In this document: one piece after another, positions 1-10,142 of the stretch
Position numbering within the stretch: position 1 is the stretch's first letter
How the letters are laid out: every line of letters starts with the position of its first letter
DNA from: Candidatus Helarchaeota archaeon
GTDB lineage: Archaea; Asgardarchaeota; Lokiarchaeia; Helarchaeales; RDOG01
Assembly: GCA_019058315.1 (NCBI GenBank)
Contig: JAHPZH010000004.1
Coordinates: 128,001-192,000 of the forward strand
DNA length: 64,000 bases
Direction: 5' to 3'
Position numbers and translations under genes: made by a program
The notes under the pieces: model-generated
What the model was told of the DNA's origin: nothing
Databases searched by the model: none
The model's input: only the letters and a program-made list of their open reading frames with translations

Positions 1-45
1 ATAACTAAATGCCAACATAACAAAATTGATAAAAAAACTAAACAT
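1..45 (-). CDS. Possible N-terminus of a membrane/secreted protein running off the window edge (MFSFFINFVMLAFSY...)
   Basis: ATG at 45 on the minus strand overlaps the glycosyltransferase stop by 8 nt; 15 open hydrophobic codons to the edge. Too short to verify. Confidence 0.35.
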   Translation of the reverse strand, partial: MFSFFINFVMLAFSY

Positions 46-1345
46 TCCTTACTTTAACTTTTTGATACAATCTTCTATATATTCTGATTGGTTTTTTCCA
101 AGAATATTTTTTATAAATTATTTTCCGACCATTTTCTCCCATTTTTTTTACCATATTGGGATTCATCAATAACATCAATATTGCAGTAGCCAAATTTTCA
201 ATTCTATTGGAATCAAAATTTACAATTAATCCTTTATCTTTCTTTAAAAATGGTTTGGGAATTATATTTTTAATCTTAAATAAATAGCGACTGCCTTCAT
301 TATCACTTCTTATAACAGCTTTTCCTCTAGCCCATGCTTCCAAAGTTGTTAAACCAAAAGGTTCCAAAATAGCTGGAGAAACAAAAAAAGAACAAGTATC
401 AAATAACCCTAATCGGTCTTTTAAACTAATGGTGTGTGGATATAATTTTATCTCAACATTATTATACCTATCCATAACCTGATTGGATAAATTTGAAATA
501 TAATCAAAATATTCTTTTTGTTTTTCTTCTAGAAATCCTACTATTAACAGTGAAAAATTTGAATTATATTTCGAAGCAACTATTTCTATGGCCTTAATTA
601 AGTATTCAATTCCCTTAATTTTATCAAATCTTCCGATATGATAAATCAGCTGATTATTTTGATTTAATCCATATTTTTCTCTTATTTTTTGTAGTTCATC
701 ATCACTGAATTTTTTATTATAAATATGCTCATTTGAAACATAATTAGGAATAACCAAGACTTTCTTTTCAGAAAAAGATTTAGGATACATTGCTTTAAGT
801 TGAGCTTTTACTTTTTCACTATTTACTATTATATAATCAGCGTATTTTAAACCTAATTCTTCCCGTTCTTTAATATATTTTAAGGTATAATCGTTTTTAA
901 TTTGTTTTACCTCAAGTGCTACGGACTCTAAAGCACTAAATGAAATTAAGGTAAGGTTTTTTTGCCCTTTTTCTTTGATAAGTTTTGCTAACGCAGGAAC
1001 ACTATAATGTCCATGTAAATGAATTATCCCTTGTTTATCTTTTAGATAGTCAAAAACTTGATTAGTAAAATCTTCAAATCTTTTAAATTCTTCTTCTTTA
1101 GTCCCTTCATAAGGATTTTTTATTCTATCTGAGTCAAATGTAAAAAAACGTTTCACATTAATGTAATATTTTCCAGTACCATCATCTAATTCTATAATTT
1201 CCTCTTGTTTGTCTTTTAAACCTAAAGTAAGAACAGTTACATCATCCCCCGCTTTAATTAATTCAATTGAGAGATCTTTAACAACAATCCCGCCTCCTCC
1301 GGTTATGTGCGGAATATATTGAATAGATACTAGAAAAACCTTCAT
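38..1345 (-). CDS. Glycosyltransferase family 4 (GT-B fold)
   Basis: N-terminal YIPHITGGGG, GRFDKIKG and the EPFGLTTLEA (E-x7-E) motif. Confidence 0.92.
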   Translation of the reverse strand: MKVFLVSIQYIPHITGGGGIVVKDLSIELIKAGDDVTVLTLGLKDKQEEIIELDDGTGKYYINVKRFFTFDSDRIKNPYEGTKEEEFKRFEDFTNQVFDYLKDKQGIIHLHGHYSVPALAKLIKEKGQKNLTLISFSALESVALEVKQIKNDYTLKYIKEREELGLKYADYIIVNSEKVKAQLKAMYPKSFSEKKVLVIPNYVSNEHIYNKKFSDDELQKIREKYGLNQNNQLIYHIGRFDKIKGIEYLIKAIEIVASKYNSNFSLLIVGFLEEKQKEYFDYISNLSNQVMDRYNNVEIKLYPHTISLKDRLGLFDTCSFFVSPAILEPFGLTTLEAWARGKAVIRSDNEGSRYLFKIKNIIPKPFLKKDKGLIVNFDSNRIENLATAILMLLMNPNMVKKMGENGRKIIYKKYSWKKPIRIYRRLYQKVKVRNV

Positions 1346-2338
1346 AATACAACCATTAATTAATTTAAAGAATTGTGATATTTAAAATTTTTATTAATTA
1401 ATCTTAATTTATTAAAAATTACTTACTAATATCAAAATAAAAAGACTGAGAATCTAAATTAGGTAGAATTAAAAATGTTTTTTTATATTGAAACAAAAAA
1501 ATTAAGATATTCCCTATTATATTCTCTATAATTATCTATATAAATAATTTTTTCATGATTTTAAATTCAAAAATCATTATAATTTTTTCATTTTAATCTT
1601 ATTTATTATTACGTTGCGAATATTTTAGTATAATAAAATTAGAATTGATAAATTCAAAGTTCATTTTATCCTGTTCTTTTTAAAGAGTTAAATAAAAAAA
1701 ATTGAAATCTTTTTTTAATAATAATTACTTTATTATTATTTTACAAAGAAAACAATTAATATAAAATTAAAAAGCATTGATTCTACTTATATTAAATCCT
1801 TATTTGGCAATTTTTATCATTAAATTTCCAGATACAAAGTCTAATAAATGGTATAAATTCTTTAGAAATAAGACTTTAATTTAAACTTTTCAATTTAAAT
1901 TTTTTGAATTATTTTAAATAACCAGCCAATAAAAAAATCGGTGATTAAAAAAATGAAGGAAGAAAAGAAAAGAGAAAAAAAACCTAGAAAGAAAAAGCAG
2001 AGACCTGAAGAAAAGAAATAATTGACAACTTCTAAAAATAAAAGATTCAAAATAATCAAAGAAAAAATAGTTACTGTAGGAATTATAACCGAAATCATTT
2101 TTAAAAAGATTTTTTTTATTTTTTATAGTAATAATTCTAAAACGAATAGAATCAAATTGAATATTAATTAAATAAAGGAAATTCAAACAATAACAACTTT
2201 AAAATGGGGATTAGGCTTTCTAAGATATTTCAAAAAATATAACGAAAAAAGCAAATTGAAAATGAGATGTAATTAAAATTTAATACATTTTCTTAAGAAA
2301 ATTATATGAAAATAAAGTGATTTACGTAGGTTAAAAAC

Positions 2339-3265
2339 ATGACTGTTGAAATTAAATCAAATAAAACAAATATCAGTTGTCCAGATTGTAAAAATGATGT
2401 AAATTTTATCCATGATTATGAACGTGGCGAGATTATTTGCGAAAATTGCGGAATTGTCATTAGTGAAAAAATAATAGACCAAGGACCCGAATGGCGTGCA
2501 TTTAATAATTCAGAGAAAGAAAAGCGGAGTAGAACAGGATCACCAATATCATATACAATTCATGATAAAGGATTATCAACAGTTATAGATCGGCATAATA
2601 TCGATATTCATGGAAAAAAATTATCTGGAAAGACATGTCAAAAATTTTATAGAATAAGAAAATGGCATAGAAGATCGCTTATTATCGATTCTACTGCAAG
2701 GAATTTATCGACAGCTATGACTGAACTTGATAGATTAACTTCACAATTAGATATAACAAAGGGAGTGAAAGAATCTGCTGCAATTATTTACCATAAAGCT
2801 CTTGATAGAAATATTATAAGAGGAAGATCAATTAATACAATGATTACAGCAACTTTATATATTGCCTGTAAGCTTAGGAAAGTTCCTGTAACATTAGATG
2901 ACATTCTTAAATATACACAAATAAATAAGAAGAAACTCGGGCGTGCTTATAGATTATTGATCCAAGGATTAGGCATAAAAATTCCAATTTTAAATGCTAA
3001 AGATTTTATTTCACGAATTTGTGCTGATCTTGAATTATCAAATCAAGTTCAAAAAAAAGCATGTGAAATAATAAATTTAGCTAATAATCAAAATATTACT
3101 ACTGGAAAAGAACCTATGGGACTTGCCGCAGCCGCAATATATATTGCAGGAATACTTGAGGATGAAAGAATAACACAAATGAAGCTAGCTAAAATGACTC
3201 ATATATCTGAAGTGACAATTCGTTCCCGTTGTAAAGATTTAAAAACTAAATTGAAAATAAATTAG
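2339..3265 (+). CDS. tfb: Transcription initiation factor IIB (TFB), paralogue 1
   Basis: CPDC..CENCG Zn ribbon, DQGPEWRAF B-reader, two cyclin repeats, GKEPMGLAAAAIY. Confidence 0.96.
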   Translation: MTVEIKSNKTNISCPDCKNDVNFIHDYERGEIICENCGIVISEKIIDQGPEWRAFNNSEKEKRSRTGSPISYTIHDKGLSTVIDRHNIDIHGKKLSGKTCQKFYRIRKWHRRSLIIDSTARNLSTAMTELDRLTSQLDITKGVKESAAIIYHKALDRNIIRGRSINTMITATLYIACKLRKVPVTLDDILKYTQINKKKLGRAYRLLIQGLGIKIPILNAKDFISRICADLELSNQVQKKACEIINLANNQNITTGKEPMGLAAAAIYIAGILEDERITQMKLAKMTHISEVTIRSRCKDLKTKLKIN

Positions 3266-3350
3266 ATTTTTTAAAATTGGGAAGGAAGGAATTTCAAATT
3301 TAAATATTTGATTATTAGTTTAAAAGAAAAAAATTATACATATTTAAAAG

Positions 3351-4808
3351 ATGATTAGCGGAATTATTATTACTTGCTGTTTTATTGGCGTAGTTATTCT
3401 CATTCTTACAGATAAAGTAAATAGAGCTATTGCCTCTTTATCCGGAGCTCTTATAACATATTTCACTTTAAGATTTTTTGAAAATGCAAAATTCTCTGTA
3501 TTTATAGAATTTTTAATTGGTAATGCCCAAGATGGATATGTGAATCTACATTCATTAATTCTGATAATGGGAATGCAATTTATTGTCCAAATTTGTACCG
3601 AGGCAGGTGTTTTTCGTTTTATAGGTTTTAAAATGATTCAAAAAACTGGCGGAAAACCAATTCCTTTACTAATGGTTTTATGCACAATAACTGTATTTAT
3701 TTCAGCAATTTTAAACAATATTTTAACTGTTATAATATTAATTCCCTTAACAATTACTATATCTCGTATATTAAACATAAACCCTGCACCATATATTATA
3801 ACTCAAGCCGTTTTAGTTAATATAGGTGGGATGCTATTTCCAATTTCATCTATTCCAAATATCCTAATTACCACTTCAGTTGGAATTACTTTTGCGGAAT
3901 TCTTCTTAAATGTAGGATTAATTTCGCTAATAATTTTTGTAATTACTTTAATTCTCTTTTATTTTATTTATCGTAAAAAATTAACCATTCCAGAAGAAAA
4001 TATAAAAGTATTAAAAGAAGTTAATCCTTGGAATTTTGTTCAAAATGAACCACTTTTTTATAAATCAATCTTTATTCTATTTGCAGTAATGGAATTTTTA
4101 GCCATAATTCAACCACATATTGTATCTTCTGACATTATTGCTTTATCTGGAGGAATCATTCTTGTAATAATTAGTAAATTAAATCCAAGAGATATTATTT
4201 CAAAGATTGATTTTGAATTGTTATTATACCTAATGGGAATATTCATAATTGCCGGAGGAATGGAATACGTTGGTGTTATGGATGTTCTTGGTAATGGGAT
4301 AAAAAGTTTTAGTGGAAATGATTCATTTATTTCAATTCTAACAATTTTATGGGTTTCAGCATTTCTAAGCAGTTCAATAGATAACATTCCTATCACTAAA
4401 GTTCTAATACCAGTTACAGGAGTAATGACACAGAATTTTTCACCAGGCGAAATAAAAACAGGATACTATAGTTTAGCTTTTGGTGCAAATTTAGGAGATA
4501 ATCTAACCCCTATGGGTGATAATATTTTAGTAGTCAATATTGCTGAAAGAAATGAACGTCCTATCAGTATAAAAGATTTTTTTAAATTAGGTTTTATAAC
4601 TACGATAATACAACTTATTTGTTTAACTATTTATTTCACGTTACTTATGAGATTAGAGCTTGGAATCTGGATTATCATTTATTCGAGTATTTTACTTTTA
4701 ATCATCATTATCTTGTATAAAATCATTTGGTTAAAATATAGAGAGAAAATATCATTAAAATTTGCAAAATTTAAGAAAATTAAAAGAATTAAAATTAGAA
4801 AAGGGTGA
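3351..4808 (+). CDS. ArsB/NhaD/SLC13-type (IT superfamily) ion/anion transporter
   Basis: Many TM segments; SAILNN, NIGG..PISSIPN, SSSIDNIP, GANLGDNLTPMG motifs. Confidence 0.88.
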   Translation: MISGIIITCCFIGVVILILTDKVNRAIASLSGALITYFTLRFFENAKFSVFIEFLIGNAQDGYVNLHSLILIMGMQFIVQICTEAGVFRFIGFKMIQKTGGKPIPLLMVLCTITVFISAILNNILTVIILIPLTITISRILNINPAPYIITQAVLVNIGGMLFPISSIPNILITTSVGITFAEFFLNVGLISLIIFVITLILFYFIYRKKLTIPEENIKVLKEVNPWNFVQNEPLFYKSIFILFAVMEFLAIIQPHIVSSDIIALSGGIILVIISKLNPRDIISKIDFELLLYLMGIFIIAGGMEYVGVMDVLGNGIKSFSGNDSFISILTILWVSAFLSSSIDNIPITKVLIPVTGVMTQNFSPGEIKTGYYSLAFGANLGDNLTPMGDNILVVNIAERNERPISIKDFFKLGFITTIIQLICLTIYFTLLMRLELGIWIIIYSSILLLIIIILYKIIWLKYREKISLKFAKFKKIKRIKIRKG

Positions 4809-4812
4809 TTTA

Positions 4813-5682
4813 ATGGTATTTAAAAGCATAGAGAAAATAAAATCTGTATTACCTGAAGTTATTCATATTGTTATGTTTTATAATGATGGAATGGTATTTC
4901 AAACTACATTTGATTCTTCTAAAAATATACCAAAACTAGGAGAAAACTTAGCTGAAAGTTTAAGTCATATTAAAAAAATATTAGATATCTGTCAGGTTGA
5001 AAGCAGTTCTTATAAAAAATTGGTTTATGAAACGAAAGAAATTACAGTTATTATTTTAAAATTGGGCGAAAATAGTAATATAGCATTATTTTTAAAAAAT
5101 TTAAAGGAAGAAGATGTAAACTACCAATCTATAAGAAGATATCTTTATCGTATTGAACGATTAATAGATATGGATAAAATAGAAATTGACAAAGAAGAAT
5201 TGAATCAAAAAGAAGAAGAGATGCATAAATTAGAAGAACTATTGCAATCAAATTTAAATGAATTAGAAAAATTAAAACAAGATTCGAATGATTTGGGAAC
5301 TCAAATCAATCATATAAAAGAAGAAATTGAAAAAACGGAAAAAGAATTAGAAAATAATGAAGTATTATTAAAAAATCGAAAAGATGAATTAAATGAAATA
5401 GAAAAAGATATGGATGAAACTACAATAGAAAAACAAAAAGAAGAATTAGAAGAAATTGAAGAAAATATTAAAAAAAATAAGATAGATATTAATTCAATGA
5501 AATCCGAATTGAAAAATAAAGTAGGAGATATGCAAAAAATATCGGATAGCAAAAAATTTTTTATAAGTGAATGCGATAGAATAAATAAAGAAAAAACAGA
5601 AAAATCTAAACAAATTTTAGAAATGAAAGAAAATATAGATGGAAGAGAGAAAGAAATTTTTGAAGAAAAGTTCCTTGAGTAA
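4813..5682 (+). CDS. Roadblock/LAMTOR-like N-terminal domain fused to a long coiled coil
   Basis: Start moved to ATG 4813 (GGTGAT SD upstream); alpha-beta-beta-alpha-beta-beta-beta-alpha pattern in the first ~120 aa, then E/K-rich heptads. Confidence 0.6.
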   Translation: MVFKSIEKIKSVLPEVIHIVMFYNDGMVFQTTFDSSKNIPKLGENLAESLSHIKKILDICQVESSSYKKLVYETKEITVIILKLGENSNIALFLKNLKEEDVNYQSIRRYLYRIERLIDMDKIEIDKEELNQKEEEMHKLEELLQSNLNELEKLKQDSNDLGTQINHIKEEIEKTEKELENNEVLLKNRKDELNEIEKDMDETTIEKQKEELEEIEENIKKNKIDINSMKSELKNKVGDMQKISDSKKFFISECDRINKEKTEKSKQILEMKENIDGREKEIFEEKFLE

Positions 5683-5838
5683 ATTAATTCTTTTAAAATA
5701 AATTAGGTAAAAATTTGTTAATAATCAATCATTTAAATAATGTTGTAAAAGAGCAAAATAATAAGTCTAATTTAATAAATCTAGAAAAATTCTTAAGCAA
5801 TCTTAAATTTGAATTATTAATTAAAAATTGATGGTGAT

Positions 5839-6516
5839 TTGATGGGTTCCTTATTAGAATGGTTTAAGAATCGTAGGGAAGAGAATATAATCAAAGAAAC
5901 ACGTATACACGCCAAAAAAGTCTATGACTGTATTTTTGAATTAAATAAATTAATTTTACTATTTTTTGAAGGTAAATTACATGAAGTTCCTAGTTTAATT
6001 AAAAAGGTAAGCGAATTAGAACATGAGTGTGATGATATAAGGAGAAAGATAATGATTGATTTAACAAAAGGTGAATTAGAACCAAGTATTAGAGAAGATC
6101 TTGCGCATCTTATAAATCGATTAGATGCAGTTGCTAACAATACAAATGCTACCGCAAAACGTTTTGGGCTATTAACTAATGATTCTTTAATTCCAATTGC
6201 TGATGAATTAAAAAAAATGAGTGGAATTTCTTTAAAATGCGTGGAAATTTTATATAAGACAATTGATTTATATTTAGGAAGAGCATCGCAACAAGTTTAT
6301 TCTAATATTACTGAAATAAATAAACTAGAACATGATATTGATGTAATAAATTTTGCAATTAAAGAAAAATTAGCAAAAATTCAACCTAATTATTCGCCAT
6401 TTATTGCAATTTTATTATTTGAAATGGTTAATTTATTAGAAAATATCTCCGACAATGCAGAAGAAACAGCCGAATTTATAAAAATTATTAAAGTACGCCA
6501 TGATGTAAATAAATAA
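5839..6516 (+). CDS. DUF47 / PhoU-like phosphate transport regulator
   Basis: Duplicated LEHECDDIRR..REDL..LD and LEHDIDVI..LENISDNAEE motifs. Confidence 0.9.
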   Translation: MMGSLLEWFKNRREENIIKETRIHAKKVYDCIFELNKLILLFFEGKLHEVPSLIKKVSELEHECDDIRRKIMIDLTKGELEPSIREDLAHLINRLDAVANNTNATAKRFGLLTNDSLIPIADELKKMSGISLKCVEILYKTIDLYLGRASQQVYSNITEINKLEHDIDVINFAIKEKLAKIQPNYSPFIAILLFEMVNLLENISDNAEETAEFIKIIKVRHDVNK

Positions 6517-6664
6517 CTAAAAAAATCTTCTTTTTATACCTTTTTAATTTACTTAATTGAAAAATTTCAAGCCATATACTATTTAGTTTGTTCTAATTCC
6601 ATTAATGAATTTTCCTGTAGATCTTAAAAAATATAAAATTTAAGAAAAGAAGAAATAAAAAAAA

Positions 6665-7522
6665 TTAAATCATTGATGTTTCTAGAGCTTTTCCACATTC
6701 ACAACTTCGGGTTTTTGGAATTTTTGGTATAGTTTCAAATACTAATTTTCGAGCATTATCCACATTTTGAGATACAACTCTTATTATTTCTGCAATGTCG
6801 ACAGGTTCTTCTCCATAGACGTCTTTATCGGTTGCCATAGCAATACTTGTAAAACAAATTTCTGCCTCTCTAGCCAAGATGCATTCAGGATAGACTGTCA
6901 TTCCCACTACAGAAAATTTTTGGCTCTGAAAAAATCTAGATTCAGCGGATGTTGAAAATCTTGGTCCGTTAATACAAACGTAAGTTCCTTTGGGATGACA
7001 TTTTAAGCCTAAGTTTTTTGCTGTATCAAAAGCTATTTTTCGTAATTCATCACAAAAGGGATGTGCAAATGGAATATGAGTTACTACTCCTCCTTCAAAG
7101 AAAGTATCTGCTCTTTGCCCAAAAGTTCTGTCAAAAACTTGGTCACAAATAACAAAATCACCGACGTCTATTTCATCAGGTTGGAGGCTTCCACATGCAC
7201 CTGGAGATAACAGCCTTGTAACCCCTAGAGCTTTAAATCCCCAGATATTTGCTCGAAAATTAATTTTATGCGGAGGTATTACATGTCCTCTTCCATGTCT
7301 AGCAATAAATGCAACTTTACGATCTTTTACATATCCAATTATAAAATGGTCTGAGGGAGCTCCATAAGGGGTATGAACCTTGAGTTCCATCGGATCTTTC
7401 ATAAACGTTGGATCATAGTTTCCAGAGCCTCCGATGACTCCAATTTCAATTGGTAGCATTTTTTCTATTTTCTCTTTTTCTTCATAATTTATAGGTACAA
7501 AACTACAACCTTTATATCTCAT
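6665..7522 (-). CDS. mtnP: S-methyl-5'-thioadenosine phosphorylase
   Basis: IGVIGGSG, TPYGAPS, RHGRGH, GPRFSTSAES, GMT..PE..LARE. Confidence 0.93.
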   Translation of the reverse strand: MRYKGCSFVPINYEEKEKIEKMLPIEIGVIGGSGNYDPTFMKDPMELKVHTPYGAPSDHFIIGYVKDRKVAFIARHGRGHVIPPHKINFRANIWGFKALGVTRLLSPGACGSLQPDEIDVGDFVICDQVFDRTFGQRADTFFEGGVVTHIPFAHPFCDELRKIAFDTAKNLGLKCHPKGTYVCINGPRFSTSAESRFFQSQKFSVVGMTVYPECILAREAEICFTSIAMATDKDVYGEEPVDIAEIIRVVSQNVDNARKLVFETIPKIPKTRSCECGKALETSMI

Positions 7523-7554
7523 TTTTTTATCTCCTACGATTTAAAATTCAGTTT

Positions 7555-8088
7555 TTATTCCTCAACTGGTATTTTCAGATAAGACCAGACTTTATAATTC
7601 TTTTTCTCGAGAAATTCTCTTCCATGTAGACTATGTGTAAGTTCAATAAGAAATGCAATTTCAACTACTTCTCCTTTGAGTTGTTCGACCATTTTCGCAG
7701 CAGCTAACGCCGTTCCACCAGTAGCGAGTAAATCGTCCATAACTAACACTTTCTCTCCCGGTTCTATTGCATCAATATGCATAGTTAGAGTATCTGGACC
7801 ATATTCCTTCTCATAAGTATATTCTATTGTTTTATAAGGCAATTTTCCTTTCTTTCTTATCGGAATAAAACCCGCATTGATCATATAAGCAATAGCTGCC
7901 CCAAATATAAACCCTCTAGCTTCCATTGATACTACTTTATCGATTTTTTTATTTTTATACCTTTTAACAAATAAATCTATTGATTCTTTCAAAGCTTTTG
8001 GATCTTGTAATATTGTGGTTATATCTTTAAATTGTATACCTTTAATTGGCCAATCAGGAACGTTCCTAATCTTTTTTTCTAAGTCCAA
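7555..8088 (-). CDS. apt: Adenine phosphoribosyltransferase
   Basis: FKDIT, EARGF, RKKGKLP, EYG, DDLLATGGT PRPP motif. Confidence 0.97.
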   Translation of the reverse strand: MDLEKKIRNVPDWPIKGIQFKDITTILQDPKALKESIDLFVKRYKNKKIDKVVSMEARGFIFGAAIAYMINAGFIPIRKKGKLPYKTIEYTYEKEYGPDTLTMHIDAIEPGEKVLVMDDLLATGGTALAAAKMVEQLKGEVVEIAFLIELTHSLHGREFLEKKNYKVWSYLKIPVEE

Positions 8089-8179
8089 TTTTACATAACT
8101 CCTTAATTTGAAGTGACTTAATTTTAAAATTTTGAAATGGTAGATAAAAATTTCTATTTTAAATCTCTTAAGTTTTAAG

Positions 8180-8347
8180 AAAGGATTTTCAAAAATCCTT
8201 TATAAATTTGGAGTTAAGAAAGTTATTTTTAAAAAATTTAATATTATAAAGAATTTTCTAAGGTTAGAAATAAAAGATTATAGTAATCCAAATTTTAATT
8301 AACATTTGGATTAATAATTAGGAATTAGTTTTGTATTTATATACAAA
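8180..8347. promoter_or_regulatory. Cluster of palindromes in the divergent apt/RPA intergenic region
   Basis: AAAGGATTTT-ca-AAAATCCTTT (8180-8201); TAATCCAAAT-tttaattaac-ATTTGGATTA (8284-8313); TTTGTAT-ttat-ATACAAA (8330-8347). Confidence 0.4.
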
Positions 8348-8402
8348 TTGAAGTTTAATTTGAGAATCTTTATTGAATAATTAAAAAAGTGATGGGAAAT
8401 AA

Positions 8403-10142
8403 ATGAACCCGAATTTTGAGGACAATTTAAATGCAATAGTGAATAAAAAGGGAATTACAAAGGAAGAATTGCAAAAAAGAATTGAAGAAATCAAAAAGGA
8501 ATTCGATGGATTATTATCAGACGAGGGAGCTCTTGCAATTATTGCAAAGGACTGTGGTGTTGAAATAGAACAAGATGCGGGATTATTTCAAAGAAGACTT
8601 TATATAAATGAGTTAGAGGTAGGTATGCAGACAGTAACGGTTGCGGGACGTGTTGAAAACATTTATCCTGTAAGAACATTTCAAAGAAAATCCGGAACCG
8701 ATGGAAAAGTAGTAAATCTTACATTAAGAGATAAAACAGGAAGTATTAGGGTAGCTCTATGGGATGATCACGTAAATCTTGTGGAAGATGGCTCAATAAA
8801 AAACGGAAAAATAATTGAATTAAAAAATTGTTACGTAAAGGAAGGTTGGCAAGGACAAAATGAAGTAAATTTGGGTAATAGGGGGGAAGTTGAATTAATG
8901 CCAGATGTTGAGGCAGAAGATTTTCCTGAGATCTCGGTAGAACAAATTAAAATTGGTGAAATTAAACCTGATATAAATAATATTTCAATTATTGGAAAAA
9001 TTATTGATATTTCAGAAATCAAAGATATAACTACAAGAGATGGTAGGCAAACGCAACTTCAAGAAATGACCGTAGCTGATGAAACTGGTCAAATACATGT
9101 TCCCGTATGGGGAGATAAAATAAATAATATTGATAATGCTTCGAAAGGGGATATAATAAAAATAAATCAAGCATATACACGTCTTGGTTTTGGAAATCAA
9201 ATTAATCTAAATATTGGAAATTCAACTATTATTGAAATAAATCCAAAAGGAGTTCAAATTTCCGAAGTTGAAGAATTAAAACAAACTAAAATAGAAGTTC
9301 CGTCTTACTCAGCAAGTCAGACTCAAATTAAAATCCAAAATTTAACGCCTGAAAGTAAAAATGTAAATTTAATAGGAAAATGTATTGAATTGGGGGAAAT
9401 TAGAGAAGTAGCCAATGATAATAAAGTAATGGAAGTTATATTAGGGGATGAAACAGGGAGTGTAATTCTATCTGTTTGGAATGAGGATATTGAAAAAATG
9501 AAAAAGGGGGAGAGTTATCAAATTATAAATGGTTATGTAACAACCTATCAAAATAGAATTCGTTTGAATTCAGGAAAATTTGGCAATTTCGAAGTTAGCG
9601 AGGAAAAGATTACAAAGGTTGATATGAAGAATAATATTTCTGAAAGTGAATTTAAACCAAGTCGAAAAAATATAATTGAAATTTCAGAAAATCAGCTTAT
9701 AGAAGTGAGGGGAACCATTTTAGATTTGATTTCAAAAAACCTAACTTATGATGCATGTCCTAAATGTATGAAAAAAGTAACCATTGAAGATGAAAAAATT
9801 CTTTGTCCTAATTGTGGTATCGTCCCCGATTATCAAATACGAATGATTTTTTCATTTACATTAGATGACGGAACAGATAATATTCGTGTAACCGTTATTG
9901 GGAAAACGGCGGAAAAATTATTTAATATGGCTTCTAAAGAAGGTCAACAATTAAATTTGGAAAAAATTGATGATCCTTCCCAAATTCAACTCAACATAGA
10001 ACAGTTTATAGGAAAAGAAATAATTGTAAATGGTCGAACACAAAAAAATCAATTAAATAATCAATTAGAAATAATAGCACGAAATATAGAAGAGCCCAAT
10101 GTAATAAATGAGATAAAAAATTCTATTGATAAATTTGATTAG
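8403..10142 (+). CDS. rpa: Replication protein A large subunit (multi-OB-fold ssDNA-binding protein with Zn finger)
   Basis: N-terminal GLLSDEGAL helix domain, three OB folds with D(K/E)TG..LW motif, C-terminal OB fold with CPKC..CPNC and LDDGT. Confidence 0.93.
   Translation: MNPNFEDNLNAIVNKKGITKEELQKRIEEIKKEFDGLLSDEGALAIIAKDCGVEIEQDAGLFQRRLYINELEVGMQTVTVAGRVENIYPVRTFQRKSGTDGKVVNLTLRDKTGSIRVALWDDHVNLVEDGSIKNGKIIELKNCYVKEGWQGQNEVNLGNRGEVELMPDVEAEDFPEISVEQIKIGEIKPDINNISIIGKIIDISEIKDITTRDGRQTQLQEMTVADETGQIHVPVWGDKINNIDNASKGDIIKINQAYTRLGFGNQINLNIGNSTIIEINPKGVQISEVEELKQTKIEVPSYSASQTQIKIQNLTPESKNVNLIGKCIELGEIREVANDNKVMEVILGDETGSVILSVWNEDIEKMKKGESYQIINGYVTTYQNRIRLNSGKFGNFEVSEEKITKVDMKNNISESEFKPSRKNIIEISENQLIEVRGTILDLISKNLTYDACPKCMKKVTIEDEKILCPNCGIVPDYQIRMIFSFTLDDGTDNIRVTVIGKTAEKLFNMASKEGQQLNLEKIDDPSQIQLNIEQFIGKEIIVNGRTQKNQLNNQLEIIARNIEEPNVINEIKNSIDKFD

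Noticed and set aside
1895-2186. Two minus-strand Phe/Leu-rich ORFs (67 and 90 aa)
   Set aside because: Their hydrophobicity simply mirrors A-rich plus-strand sequence; they overlap each other and have no motif
1346-2338. Replication origin in the long AT-rich intergenic regions (also 21312-21773 and 23718-24423)
   Set aside because: No repeated ORB-like boxes with G-strings seen and no orc1/cdc6 gene in the window; AT richness is window-wide
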